DNA of 64,000 bases from Mytilus californianus. Its lineage: Eukaryota. Position 1 is the stretch's first letter. The number at the start of each line of letters is the position of its first letter. The DNA is taken from assembly GCF_021869535.1 (NCBI RefSeq), contig NW_026262668.1, positions 108,438,001 through 108,502,000 on the forward strand. Direction: 5' to 3'. Of the stretch, positions 24,601 through 37,200 are shown in pieces. Under the pieces are notes generated by a model. The model was not told the origin of the DNA and ran no database searches. It saw only the letters and a program-made list of their open reading frames with translations. The translations under genes and the position numbers were made by a program.

Positions 24601-27600
24601 CACTTGGAACTTACATTGGAGTTATACTTTTACACCCTAGTTCTATTGTTGTACCTCATAGTTTCTATTTCTGAAACAAGTGTAAATTGAATACATCTAT
24701 TGTTACAAATAACAATGGATTTTGTCCACAGGGTGTGACGAGCGGGGTTTCTGGAAACCCCTGCTTCTACACCCCGAAACACATTCCATTGTTATTCATA
24801 ACAGTAGAAATTGTGTTTTAATAGCATAAACAGAAGAGATTACTAATAGTTTCACTACAAGTTGTTTCAAGACATATTAAAAAATTAAAAAAAAACATAT
24901 TTCAGGAAATTCCAATAGCGAAAAAAATATTTAGCATCTATTTTGAATTAAAAAAAAAATCATTTAATTACTCCTTTGCTCGAAGCTAAAATTTGATCCC
25001 ATATGGCAATGTCTTAAAGAACATACATGCAAAAAACTTTTGCCCAGGGGCGGATCCAGCCATTTTTAAAAATGGGGGTTGCAACGGCAACTTTGACATT
25101 TGTAAAATCTACTCACTTGTCAAAGTTTGAATGAAGATCGTCAAAGTAAGGTTACTAGTGGGGTTTCATCTAAAAAATATGCCTTTTCTTATTAGTTATG
25201 GTTTGATATTGTCAATCAAAATGCTATCCATTCTTTTTCATTTGATATTCAATGTAAACAAATTTAGTATCGGGTGTAAGTTAGGTATACACTTCGGGAT
25301 ACGGCGTGTCTGGATAGAAAAACCCCTCCGGCCTCCGGCAGTCGGGGTTTCTTATCCAGACACACCTATCCCTCAGTGTATAACTATTACATAAAGAACT
25401 GAATTTCCAGAGAATTTAACTTTGTGAAAATAAGGACTTTTCAATAACTGAACTGTGATCACATGGAGCCTTTCGGGGTTTCCCAATTTGTGAAAAATTT
25501 AATCGCACTTTGTACCTCCGGAAAATTTAACCACATCTGTGAAAACGATATGGACAGAGGAATGGTAGAAAAGGCTAACATTGTCGCCTACCTTGTCGCC
25601 TACATGAAATGTATTGCGCATCTTGACCTAGTTAATTTACAGCTCAGAAGTCGGTACTGATATGATTTATTACATGCATCATCTGCTTTCTTGAATTCTC
25701 CGTTGACAGATTTAGAAATTATACAGAAACTAAGTATGCATTGAACTAAGATGGATTTTGTCTATTCTTTTTAGGTCATATAGCTTCTCAAATATTAAAG
25801 TTTTCATATATCATTTGCTTTCAAATTTTGGGGGTTTAAGCGTTCCTGACGAGGTAAATCTAGAAATCCCTTCGGACCTACCAAATTTCCAAATTTTCAT
25901 TTTCTAAAACTGGGTCCATACCACCGATTGGTAATCCCGATAGTATCATAAAATGTGCTTCGGTTCTGACATTTTTTTTTCTTTTAATACCTTTCTTAAA
26001 TTCAATGTTGATACATTTAAAATTATTTTAAGAAACTAAGGTTCTAGTTCCTTCACGCAAAGTTGACCTTTAATGGATTTGGTCTTTCTTTTCATGTCCG
26101 TTACGGTTATATAGCTGTATTAATACATCCTTGTTTCAATTGTATAAAGTTTTATTTTCATTTTAAAGAAAGCTTGTTGCTAAAGCATTTAAGAAGCATA
26201 CCAAACTGGAGCTCTAACTAACACGCAAAAATTATTGGATTTTTTAGAAAAAGAACAAACAAAGAATTGGTTACGGAGCACATACCCTTAAATTGATTTA
26301 TAGTCAGATCCTGTACTCCATCTTAATACTTAATTCCAATAACGTAGCACGGTTTGAAATTATTCACTATATAAAGTTTTCGCTATAGTAAAACTGCTAC
26401 ATTGATATAAAAGTTACAACCTAAATAATTCGTTTTTTAGATTACAGGTACATAAAACAATACTGCATAAAATATAAGTACAATGAAGATATGAAAAACT
26501 CATAGTAATTCTTTACCTCTAGTTTTGTCTCCCATGTGATATGGCATGGGGGATATAATTCCGCGCTCGCCATCTGATGTCTCTATTTTTCTTCTCATAT
26601 GATTACGGTCTGCTATATCTGAAATTAATTATTTGTGAAAAAATCGACCATAAATGTTCAATTGTTTGAATTATTGTCAAGTTCTCGATAAAATCTTAAT
26701 GACAATGATTATACATTTTTTTTACATATTGAAAGTTGTATTTTCAGTCTTCCTTACAGCTTTCATTGTAACATAAATCGTCGCCCGAGAAGGTAGATTT
26801 TCAATTACTTATTTGTAATGGTTTCATTTATATGGTAAGCATTCTTGGATGACTTTATTTTTAAACCTACTTTCTTCATAAGTTGATACTTCTCTCTGTA
26901 CAGAATCACTATAGTATCCCTTTCTTTTAGCTTTTATGTTAACACTCAATTTCGCCTCAGAAGGCAGATTTTCTATTTCATATGTGTAATGGTTTTTCAC
27001 TGGGTTGTCGACTTCAGTTATGTGCTGTCCTATTTTTTCTCCATCCTCAGTCATAACATCGATAACATATCGCGAGATTTCACTTCCATAATTTTCTGGA
27101 GGCCGCCATGACACCCTAATTGACGTAGGAGAGATAAGACGGACAACAACGTTCTCTGGGTTAAATATTCCTGAAATACATAAAATTGAAAAGGTCATAC
27201 ATTGTAGCTACCTGTCTTCAACATATATAATACAAGTTCTTCTGCTGATACAGTAATAATGTCTCATAGAACCATAACAATGTGATTTTAATCTCCTATT
27301 TAATGATTTGTATTTCACCCAGAATACCCAAAGACACCTAGAGACGTCTTTTCACTGTTTCGCGACCTTTTGCGTTCATAATTCAGGAAAAAATGCAATT
27401 TTTTTTTACAACGTAGAAAAGTTTCGACTCGTGTTAAAAGTCTTATATAAGAAATGAAAAATATAAATGATCTCATTAATTTGTCAATGTGCATTTGACC
27501 CCTACATTTCTTACCGGCAATTGTCCAGATTATAGGGGCTATACCAATTTAATTGCTCAAGATGGGAGAAAAGTATGCCCCAGATCAACGATTTAGGAAT

Positions 27601-30600
27601 TATCATATATAAAGCTTTTGTGGCCATCTTAACCAATCAATCATCCAAAACAGTTCATCCACTACCGTCTACGGTTAACTTTGCCTGCTGGTGTTGCAGA
27701 CTTAGTTTTGATTTGTTTTAATCTTCAAACTGACAATTAAGTCAAGATCTAATTAGCATTTATAATATATTTAAACCATGTTTAACTCCCTGCTTAGCTT
27801 TTAATGCGCCTGTTTATTTTATTTTTTTCCTCAGTTTTTTATAATGTAACTTTATAACTTTTACTTGTTTACATTAGATGCGATTCCTACTATTTTCACT
27901 GCCAGGTGTGTCTGATTATATTGAATATACAGATAAGCATCCTCTTCGATTGTCAGATTTAGATTTTAATTTTGGATTTTTATGCTCTGAATGTTTTAAT
28001 ATTTGTAAAACGTTTTGTTCAAGGTTTTATTTTGAGCGTACACGAGAAAAGCGATTAGAGGATTTTGCGTCAATCTTACATGCAGTAGCTATAAGATGAC
28101 GTTGGAATTTTTTTTTTCTCTCGAGTCTACAGACAGTCTATCAAAGCAGATCCACAACTTGTATGAATGTAATTACTTTTATTTATTTTTTTACATACTG
28201 TTTAAAACATTAAAATAACATACCAGAAATATGTATCTATTAAGCAGTTTACCTATTTAAACATGATTTAATAGTACATATACTTGCGGTTACTAATATT
28301 TGTTAACTTGGTCTTTAAATCATTCAGGGCCTCTTATTTACAATCTAGAACAACTCACTTAGTTTCCCTGTCAAAGAAGAAGCATGACTTGTTTTGGTCC
28401 AAGATCGATATGACAGAAACCCGGAGGCAGATGATACTGAAATAGATCATGTACTATAATACATCATGTTGTTAATAACTGAACACGATAAGAATAGAAT
28501 TATCCCACAATATTTCTGAACTATAATTATTTGAATAAAATAGTACTTGTGTGTGTACGTTAATGAAACTAATCGATATAAGTCTTAGACAACTTCTAAA
28601 TTTATTTGTCAAATAAACCGGCCCCTAAAAATCTGATGTCAATACCAATTCCTAAAAGGATTGAAATCATTAACAGACGACAAACTCTGAAAGCTAATTT
28701 AAAACATTCCATCTGTACAGTGTAGATATAAAATCATGCCTGATAACCATGGGTATGTAGTTTTGCTCATTGTTGAAGGTCATAAGGTGACCTATAAATG
28801 CTTACATCTACGTAATTGGTATCTAGTCGATAGCTGTATCGTGGTCGATCATTCTATCTGCATCTTCTTATTGTTATTTGGTACTTTCATGAATGTTTTA
28901 TGGAGCAAAATGATTAACTGCAAAAATCGTTTTTGGTGTGTTTATTGTAAACGTTTTCAATAATACAAATATTACGTCTATTGTCTAATTGAGACCTAAG
29001 TGCAAACACCGGCATATCGAACCAACTAAGAAATGTACACTCCACAAGAAGAGACAAACGGACTAAGGAGAAACCAAGGTGCAATAAAAATTAATCAAAT
29101 CGAATCTTCGCCATGAAGAAACGGAAAATTAACAAAAGGAAGAAAAAGGCGATTGCTGTACAATTTGCCACAAAATGACTGGTAAATACTCTAGATTCAA
29201 AAGATTTGATATACAATATTTTTAAAGTGTAGAAAATATAGAAAATATTTGTACGAGGCTTTGTTCATATAGTGTATATATTAGAGAATAAAATATCAAC
29301 AAGATTTAAAATCATTATCTAATACTTATATTCATATAAGTTTGACGACGTCCAAACAGAGTCCAAATGAAGTGGACTAAAGCAACTGTAGGTCCCCTAA
29401 TCTGGAACAGTTGTGTAACAGAACAGCATATGAACAAACTGTAAAAATCTGGGAATGGCTTGACTCATCAGATTGGCACGAAATACAAAAACAAAAAACA
29501 ACTGAAATAAAGACAAAAGACACAAAGTGCCGATCTAAAAGTTCTCGCACTTACTGAATATAAATAAGAAGATGTTGTATGAGTGCCAATAAGACAACTA
29601 TCCATCCAAGTCACAATGTGTAAAAAGTAAACAGTTATAGGTCAAAGTACGGCCTTCAACACGGAGCTTTGGCTCACACCGAACAGCAAATTATATTATG
29701 GCCCCCAAAAGACTATTTTGAAACAATTCAAACAGGAAAACCAACGGTCTAATCTATATAAGAAACGAGAAACACTTATGAACCACACCAACAAACGACA
29801 ACCACAGAACAACAGGCTCCTGAAAGCTAGTTCAAAGCTTGTTTTGTCAAAGTCTTTATACTTACTTAAAGATTCGTTGTCTGATATTTTCTTGTGATGA
29901 ACCCATTTCTTTCCATACGCTGGAGCAGACTTAAATCCTACAAAAAATGATGTAGCAATAACTAATGTAACTTAAATACATATTATAACGTCAAGCAATC
30001 TCACATATCTTATGGAATGAAACAAGATCTGTCAAATAACCTTACTTGAAAACTTGGAGGTGTGTTTGGTTTCTGCAATGCAGTTATAACTTTCATATCT
30101 TTATAAAACCCATTGGTTGATCTATCATTTCTAAATGGGCGGAAGGGCTAAATAAAGTTTATGGGGGGGGGGGGGGCAGAATGTCTGTAGTGAAATAGGT
30201 ATTTTCTTTTCCCACTAAGTAGTAAGATCAGATAAGTTGTATTCAACAAATTACTGGTTAGGGTCGTACCAGGAATATAGACTGAATAAGAGTAGACATG
30301 TGGACAAGCAGTTTGATGTTACCAAGGTCAATGGTATATAAAAACTCCGGCTCTTTTCTGTCTGAGGGCACTCTTTAAATCTAGAAATTGTCACGAACAC
30401 AAGCAATTATTGGTATGTTACAGATTCAGTTTAGATTTTAAATGTATTCAAATAATACGACAGAAGAAGTCGTTTCTTTTAATAGAACAATTTTCGCCAT
30501 TGTTACAATTTGAAAAATATATCATACATAAAATGTTGGCGATTAAAATTCATGAATAAAAGCATCAAATAGAATGATAGTTATATTCAATTTTAAAAGA

Positions 30601-30886
30601 CAAATATCAGGGAAAAAAACCTGATATTAATGCTTTCGATCTGGAAAAATAGCGTTCTATACTTTTTTATATATCATTTGATTACTTTAGCCTCAATCGA
30701 AAACCACGTCACAAAACTTGACAAATATGAAGTAAATAGTATGGTATACTTTTTTAAAGATTCGAGCGAATGATGAAGCACAATACATAATATATAATAA
30801 ATATTACCTGGTCCAATATTTCGACGAGTTTTCTTCTTCACTACGTGAACATTTCTGTAATGTGGCACTGGGTTATCCAAAATGCT
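15040..30886 (-). CDS. Gene 2: FN3-containing pseudo-caspase (basic N-terminus - FN3 - p20 - FN3 x3 - p10), ~675 aa
   Basis: Exons in transcription order: 30886-30808, 29937-29866, 28436-28359, 27170-26871, 23449-23396, 21574-21281, 21065-20772, 18141-17866, 16523-16227, 15698-15560, 15172-15040; GT-AG, phases consistent, open to a TGA at 15040. Start codon uncertain (candidate ATG TCC TAC|gt near 31295-31303). The three small 5' exons are less certain than the rest. Confidence 0.85.
16227..21065 (-). CDS. Gene 2 three linker FN3 exons (21065-20772, 18141-17866, 16523-16227)
   Basis: PLAPHSIKLSWS...YIVYYR...LRDLQDNTAYRIIV (absent from the ORF track, no ATG); QPRHINAVSMNPYSIDVSW...LLPDTEYKLKV; QPKQIDCFVISPTQVCVRWKPP...LRDLNVNTEYTIQV. 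Confidence 0.9.
16590..16975 (-). mobile_element. Penelope-like element C-terminal (post-RT helical) fragment
   Basis: Minus strand gives ...LVDRYGIYVSLMT; same family as 35490-35830. Confidence 0.7.
16778..16886. mobile_element. ~109-bp Harbinger-like MITE nested in the Penelope fragment
   Basis: TTCACAAAAAATCTTACGA / TCGTAAGATTTTTTTGTGAA inverted ends, with CTG on both flanks; the host element resumes after it. Confidence 0.7.
17025..17150. repeat. Short tandem repeat, ~40-bp unit x3
   Basis: ttgttatgttaggggtttagagggagtt..attaatgt repeated. Confidence 0.7.
18225..18580 (-). repeat. High-copy interspersed repeat (further copies near 21165, 29560, 37670, 44930, 48880, 52370, 63050)
   Basis: Recurrent blocks cctgtcccaagtcaggagcctgtaattc, gaaggccgtacggtgacc, ctcattggcaatcataccacatct. 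Confidence 0.8.
21281..23449 (-). CDS. Gene 2 caspase p20 exons (23449-23396, 21574-21281)
   Basis: FALIIVNLNNPAGEEDA / IFVCVFACSGNLGVLYGSDG...KPKIVLIDACQG; His position is Ser, Cys retained. Confidence 0.9.
22093..22407 (+). mobile_element. HINE/pearl-like (Helentron-associated) non-autonomous element
   Basis: AACAAGAATGTG start, (GACG)n(GAAC)n microsatellite, 3' hairpin ATGCCCC...GGGGCAT followed by AAAAA. Confidence 0.75.
22505..23230 (+). mobile_element. Retrozyme-like tandem array of ~280-345 nt units delimited by hammerhead motifs
   Basis: GAAA cores at 22534, 22816 and 23159. Middle copy (22793-22833): GCGUUC CUGAUGA AGUAUAUCAA GAAA AGCGCU UC GAACGC. Inter-ribozyme sequence is repeated. 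Confidence 0.7.
23490..23718 (+). mobile_element. Second copy of the 7074-7329 hammerhead repeat, mutated core
   Basis: GAGCGTCA CTAATGA GTCT ATTGT AGAC GAAA CACGCG AC TGGCG at 23638-23682. Confidence 0.7.
25720..26110 (+). mobile_element. Degenerate copy of the 22505-23230 hammerhead repeat family (also ~2960-3130 -, ~5480-5600 +, ~24130-24240 -)
   Basis: gcgttcctgacgaggtaaatctagaaa...ttcggac plus aactaagg...aaagttgacct blocks. Confidence 0.6.
26871..27170 (-). CDS. Gene 2 N-terminal FN3 exon
   Basis: PENVVVRLISPTSIRVSWRPP...RYVI...YTYEIENLPSEAKLSVNIKA; 300 nt, phase 1-1. Confidence 0.9.
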
Positions 30887-32799
30887 CTACAACACAGTGC
30901 TATTCCAAGTTATGATTGCCTCAACAGTACATTTCAGTATATAGATGGTAGATTTGTACATTCAATTTTAAATACTGCAGACGAACACTAGATAAGAGCC
31001 AGTAAGCAGTAACAAATTTTGTGGACGTTTTCTGCATTTGACGTCTACAGTATGAGGTTTTTAAAATTAAGAAATTGTAAAAAATATCGCCAACGAGTTA
31101 CGATATAAACCTTTTTTGATTGAGCACACTCCAAGACCCTAAAAGGTTATATTGTGTCGAGCGGCTGGTTTTTAAGAATTCTATTTAAGAAAAAATTATT
31201 TACTATTTATCGTATTAATTTGATTGTTTTGTTTTGGGATCAAAACATGGAATGACTACTGTGACATCTAAGAGTCAATATTAATGACTGTACGTAGGAC
31301 ATTTTCCCGTGCGTATATCCTAATCAGTCCTCTTTGGAAGCACCTTTCTGAAGAATCCTGCATGTAGAATGCTTAAAGTTTCAATTAAAAATATGTAATA
31401 TAGGATTTTAACAAAAACGTCTTTAGTACAAAGGATGGAATTTTTAGCAAGTTTAAACCTCGGTCAGCAAACACGTTTTGCACAGTGCTTATTAATTTAA
31501 TACATTTGTTAGATAACAGGCCTTACCATTTCCTTCCATTTATCCCCTATTGATGACATCCCTGTTTATACTTTTACATACTGAAAATTAATAAAAGTGC
31601 AGTTACTTTAAACATTAGATATAGAAATGTAATATAACAGTTATAAGGGTTACTAAAGTAATTCTCGACAAGAAGTTTAAAATTTTTAATAAATTATGTA
31701 GAAAATGTTTATCGAAGACAAAAAAAAAACATGTAAATGATTTTAACAATTACTTACTTAATTTAAAGTTTCCTGTTATCTTGATATGTTAAAAGTTTGT
31801 ATTGTAACACAATCTGTTGTCAATAGAGTGTTCAACAGTGGAACAATTAGTTTGAAAGACTCGTATAAAAATGTCAAATATTGTATTTTTTTCTTTTGTA
31901 ACAGTTAAATATAGAAATATAGTACACATTCCGAATATACAAAGTACTATAATGTTATAGAAGAACTCTGTAAGGAAGGGCTTTTTTGGTTTTTTGGTTT
32001 TATTTTTTTTTTTTTAAGGGGGGGGGTATTTTTAGCAGACCTATGTTCGAAAAATGTTATATATTCAATTAAGATATTCAAACAGAAGGACATGTGCCTT
32101 CAAACTTGAAATATTGTTGCTAATTTTAACTTTGTATATGATCACTTCATATTTCTAGGTCTGGATTGCCATTAAGTTTTAGTATCAGCTCGCTGTTTAC
32201 CTCGTGTGATCTGCAAACTAATTGTCCTTTATGTGTTGTTTCGGTCATGTCTAGGATGGATTTTCAACATTCCTGTTTTTATTGAGACACATTCGTTTGT
32301 ATACATCTTTATGTATCTAAATTGTGCATGCATGTATTTTTTTTTATTCTTAAATCTCCTATTCGAGATGATTAAACTTAAACGAAGAAACGGACCAGTA
32401 ATAATAAAACAAAAACAAAAAGACATTTAGAAAATATCCATTTTGTTATAATCAAATTATAACAGATTAGGATTAGTCTAATTATATATGTTTTTTAAAA
32501 TTGAACTAATCAAAGGAAACTCGTCGATCGGACCATTGATCTCAACTGCTCATGCTTATTTATGCTTATGCAAGTCACGTGTATATACTTATTTAGTTTT
32601 GCAAGAATGACACAAATCTTTCATGAAAAAGGTAAATATTCATACAAAACTACTCTTTGTGTATGTGTGGGTTTTTTGAGTGCGTAGCAGGGTTTTAATA
32701 GCATATTATATGGATTGATTTTTGCTCATTGTTGACGGCCAGTCGGTGAGCTATAGACGAGCTGCTAAATTTGCAATCTCAAAATAAAGCCGACAACCA

Positions 32800-33482
32800 G
32801 GGACATGCAAACCCTTGGATGGCAGACTCTAGGGTCAAGGTGGAAAACCATGTTCTAAAAAGCAACACATGATGAAACGGTAGTAAACATACCATCACAT
32901 TTGAGAAGACCATCCACATCAACAAGACAATACCATCCAGAGAAATTTATCAAGATGAGTACCTTAACAGATGCCTACAAGAACAGTTATATACCACTGA
33001 CCATCACCGATTGGAACAGTCTGCCTGACGCGATCTAAGCTACATCCCTGGAGAACTTCAAAGAGCACCTACGGAGACTATAGCAATCAATATAAACCAC
33101 CAGATTTTATCCTATTTTACCTGCCGTAAATACCGAACACCCAGTTAACACGTTTACACAGCAGTGACTGCATTAAGGATTTCCACTGAAGATGTAGTTG
33201 CTTAATTCTCATCCTTAGGAAACCTTCACAGATGCCTACAAGAACAGTTATATACCACTAACCATCACCGATTGGAACAGTCTGCCTGGCGCGATCTAAG
33301 CTTCATCCCTGGAGAGCTTCAAAGAGCACCTACGGAGACTATATAGCAATCAATATAAACCACAGGATTTTATCCTACTTTACCTGCCGTAAATACCGAG
33401 CACCCAGTTAACACGTTTACACAGCAGTAACTGCATTAAGGATTTCCACTGAAGATGTATTTGCTTAATTCGCATCCTTAGG
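32800..33482 (+). mobile_element. CR1/L2-type LINE 3' end with a 261-bp tandem duplication
   Basis: GWQTL...STRQYHPEKF...TDAYKNSYIPLTITDWNSLP; 32961-33219 and 33222-33482 are near-identical. Confidence 0.75.
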
Positions 33483-33728
33483 TATCTGGTGGATAGTTGT
33501 TTCATTTGTAATCGTATCACATATCCTTATCTTTACATGAAAATTATTTATAATGATTTATCATATACCTAACATTAATATGATAGTTTTTGAATATGTG
33601 TTACGAGCGGAAGTAAACTAGCCATTATATACTACTGAACATACATTCACACCCTATGTGACGTCATGTGGTCGGGCTGATATGGGGTTATCAGCCTGGG
33701 TGCATTCGAACATTTATGATAAAAAGAT

Positions 33729-33839
33729 TAATACATGTCATTTTCCATATCGGCCCGGATATCATCCTTCGACCCATATCAGCCCTAGGTTAACGTCTCG
33801 GAATGATACCCGGGCCGATATGGAAAAGGCCATGTATTA
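33729..33839. mobile_element. Palindromic MITE-like element
   Basis: TAATACATG..TTTTCCATATCGGCCCGG.TATCAT versus ATGATACCCGGGCCGATATGGAAAAGGCCATGTATTA. Confidence 0.65.
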
Positions 33840-34072
33840 AATTGTATGTATCTCAGTTGCACAAATTTATGACATGTTTCGTCGTCCTATAACATAACCT
33901 CATTACATTAATGTGGGACATAAAATAGTATAATAGTCCCCGCATTAACTAAGATAATAAGATTTCAATTTTTATTTGTACAATACTTTAATTACACAGT
34001 ATGCTTCAAACCAAAAGAAAAGAAAAACAAAAATATTAGAAATAAACTTTAATAAATTATGATTGTTGTTGT

Positions 34073-34107
<35 letters not shown>

Positions 34108-34298
34108 GTTAGTACTAATAATTACTATTATTATTATTAATCGAAAGAAGAATGTAAAGCAAAAGAAAGTTTTTGGGAGAAAATATCGATAATTATTTAC
34201 CAAATAAATGTGTATACTGCGTGATCACGATTTTAAAAGTTCCAAACTTATCATTTTTTTTATTTTATTGATTTTTTTCTATTTAAAAGGGTAGCAGT

Positions 34299-37200
34299 AT
34301 GGCCGCAACAAACAAGACAAATAAAGGTCAAGTAAAAGAGGACGGAAAACTTAAAAAAGACAAGAAATATATTATTCAAGGTTTAAATGGTGGTCCACGG
34401 GAAGGTAAAGATTGTAGTTTCGGCATGGCAAGCAGGCATGGGGCGAATTACATTGCAATGTAATGCTTTTCATTATAATTACTTGGACAAAACGAGCATT
34501 ATATTACAATTACAATTACAAGTATTTTGGAAAGTAATGCATTAAATTACAATTACTTTACCAAAGTAATGCATTATATTACACATTACATTTTATAAAT
34601 TGTATTATCAAAAGAAACATATATACAGCATTTCATGCTGCAATCTTTGTAACTATTAAAAATGTATTATAAAAATCCTTTCGTTGCCCTATTAGACCAA
34701 ATGACAGCAGTCAAACAATTGTGATCACCTTCCTGAAGGTTATCATACAATTTTTGACATACAACCTTGGCCTTAGTCTGTATTAATTTAGATGAGAGAT
34801 GTTTCCGGCTTAGAATTTGAAATTTAGGGTTAGGATTTTCTATAAAGTTCTTAAACTTTTGACTTTCAACTGTTGATAATGGGAGTAAATCACTTCTAGC
34901 AATGTACCCGAAAAGTGAATATATAGCTTTGTTTTGCTTTGGGCCATTTAATTGATATTTCTGAATACCAGATGGATTTACAAAGTTTGCGAAGGTTGGC
35001 TGTTCTTCTGGGTCAGGTTTTTTATATTTCGAAGTATACATCTCTGTGTTTTCTCTAAAAAAGAAATAACAGAAATGTTGTAAGGAATGTATTCTACCAT
35101 TATGTTTTTTGATTATATTGTTAACTTAATATCAATGTTAATTAATTACTTAAATATCACAGATGTTTATACTTGAGGACAACAGAAGAAGTTTCCAACT
35201 TTTCAAATAGAAAAGAATACAGAAAAATTGACCATTTAAATACAGGTCGCAAAACTTAAATCTTAATATATTAAAGTAATTTTCAAAAGACACTTCGCTT
35301 TAATTTGGTTAAAAGCAGAAATAATTAAAAAAATAACTCCTATCTGATCATGTTTTCTGATTGGATTATTTTTACGTTTGTTGTAATGATGTCGCTACAT
35401 ACTTTTGTCCTTCGTGTTGCTAATGTCAGTACAAATTAGCGATACATTTCTTTTGGTGATCTTACATTCGATGAAAAGATCTAATGGACGTTGTGGTAAC
35501 GGCAATTGGAACATATTCGTCGTCATCTGTGAAACAGATATTCAATAACGATCAACCAACTCGTGATGGCGTCCGTAAATTTATTGGTGGTATGATTTCA
35601 ACTTCACCACTTGGAACCATTGGTTTAATAGCTTCCCTGTTAGCAGCAATCCTCTATCAAGGAAATCATGATAGGAAACGAAAGCTCTGGAATATCGTAT
35701 TATCTCTAGCAGGAATGTTGCTTCAAATAGAAATGGCCTGGAAATTTCATAATTGGTAAGCTGAAATCATCTCAGTTGTCGTAGTGTTTTGTTCTCATCC
35801 GATCCTTATTGTCAACTTCTAGATTTGAGTCAAGTAAAATTGTTAAAATAAACATTACAGATGAAGCACCACAGAAGATAACGAAAGGCAAATCGGGCAA
35901 AACTGAAAGTATAGAACTTAAGCTAGGAACTACCGAATTGCCTCTGGAAGACGCCCAGCTTGTTTTGGACCAGTACAAAAAGTTAAAAACAGACGATAGG
36001 TTTGTAAACACATCAGGTTTTCTTACCGAGCTTTTCCGGAAGTTGCAACCATTAGAGAAGGGTCAGTCTACTAGATTAGAAGTGGACATGACAGTGAGGC
36101 AGTTCCAGGATTACAGTGAAGGATTTAAATACAAGATGGATGCTAAACCAAGAGGTGTTTATTTTTCTTTATTAAATATTGATTAAATGGTCTTGCAGTC
36201 AATAATACAGAGTTTTCAATGCACCCTTTTTGTTCACTTGTGGCAATATGTATTAGTATTAGATAAAAACAAATCTAAAATAATCAAATCAATTTACTTT
36301 AATATGATTACATATACTGACATTTTATATGTATGCCTAAATTTGTTTTGCCTGTTTGGACAGGTTATGCATTAATTATTAGTAATGGAACATTTTACCA
36401 GATTCCCGGAGACCCTTTAAGTAGAGAACTACCGAAAAGACCAGGAGCAGACACTGATGCAGGTAAAGTTTTATTTAGTTAAAAGTCTGAATATAGGTGT
36501 TGGATTTTTCTGCAAATAGTCACTCCAATATACCGTTTCACATTCAATACAGCAGTGATGATCTTTTTACTATGCTAAATCTTTTCAAAAGGGATTAGAT
36601 TATCACAAGGTGGCAAGCAAAAAACGACAAGTCGAAGATTCTATAAGATATTTGTTATGTAACGAAAGTCTTTACCTGGAATTCTAGAAATCTTTACCTC
36701 GCAAAAAGTAAAAAAATAACAAAAAAAATTGACAATTTATAACTGTTTACTCTTTTAAAGAAAGGATTTTCATCAGTAAAGTTGTTAGATATAAAGTGAT
36801 GCATCGGGTACAATTTTCGGTCCATGTTCTTTTTCCATTTGTTTCGATATGTTTTCTATAAGTTAAAGAGAAAGCCGAAGGATACCAACTCATAACTCGA
36901 AAATAAACTGACAACGCCATGGCTAAAAAAGAAAACAGACAAGCAACAGTACACAAAACACAACATAGAAAACCAAAGCCAGAGCAACACGAACCCCACC
37001 AAAAACTGTTATAATCTACGTCATTTGGACTCCGTTGGATAATTGTCTCGTTGGCAATCATACCACATCTACATGTACTTATTTTATATATTTTTTTGTC
37101 GTCTGCATATTCAGGCATGTTCTACTACTTTGAGTAACTTATAACGAATGCAAATTACGTCTGGTAAATCCATATTGATCTCAAAATAGTTCCTCTTTTA

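Noticed and set aside
24560-24680. Possible extra gene 2 exon between the N-terminal FN3 and p20
   Set aside because: Weak acceptor context; the flanking exons already join in frame (EE-S-FALII).
35484-35759. Hydrophobic 91-aa ORF just upstream of the gene 3 prodomain exon, suggesting a membrane-anchored caspase
   Set aside because: It is the antisense reading of a Penelope-like fragment also present at 16590-16975, is out of frame with the exon, and leaves only a 20-nt gap for an intron.
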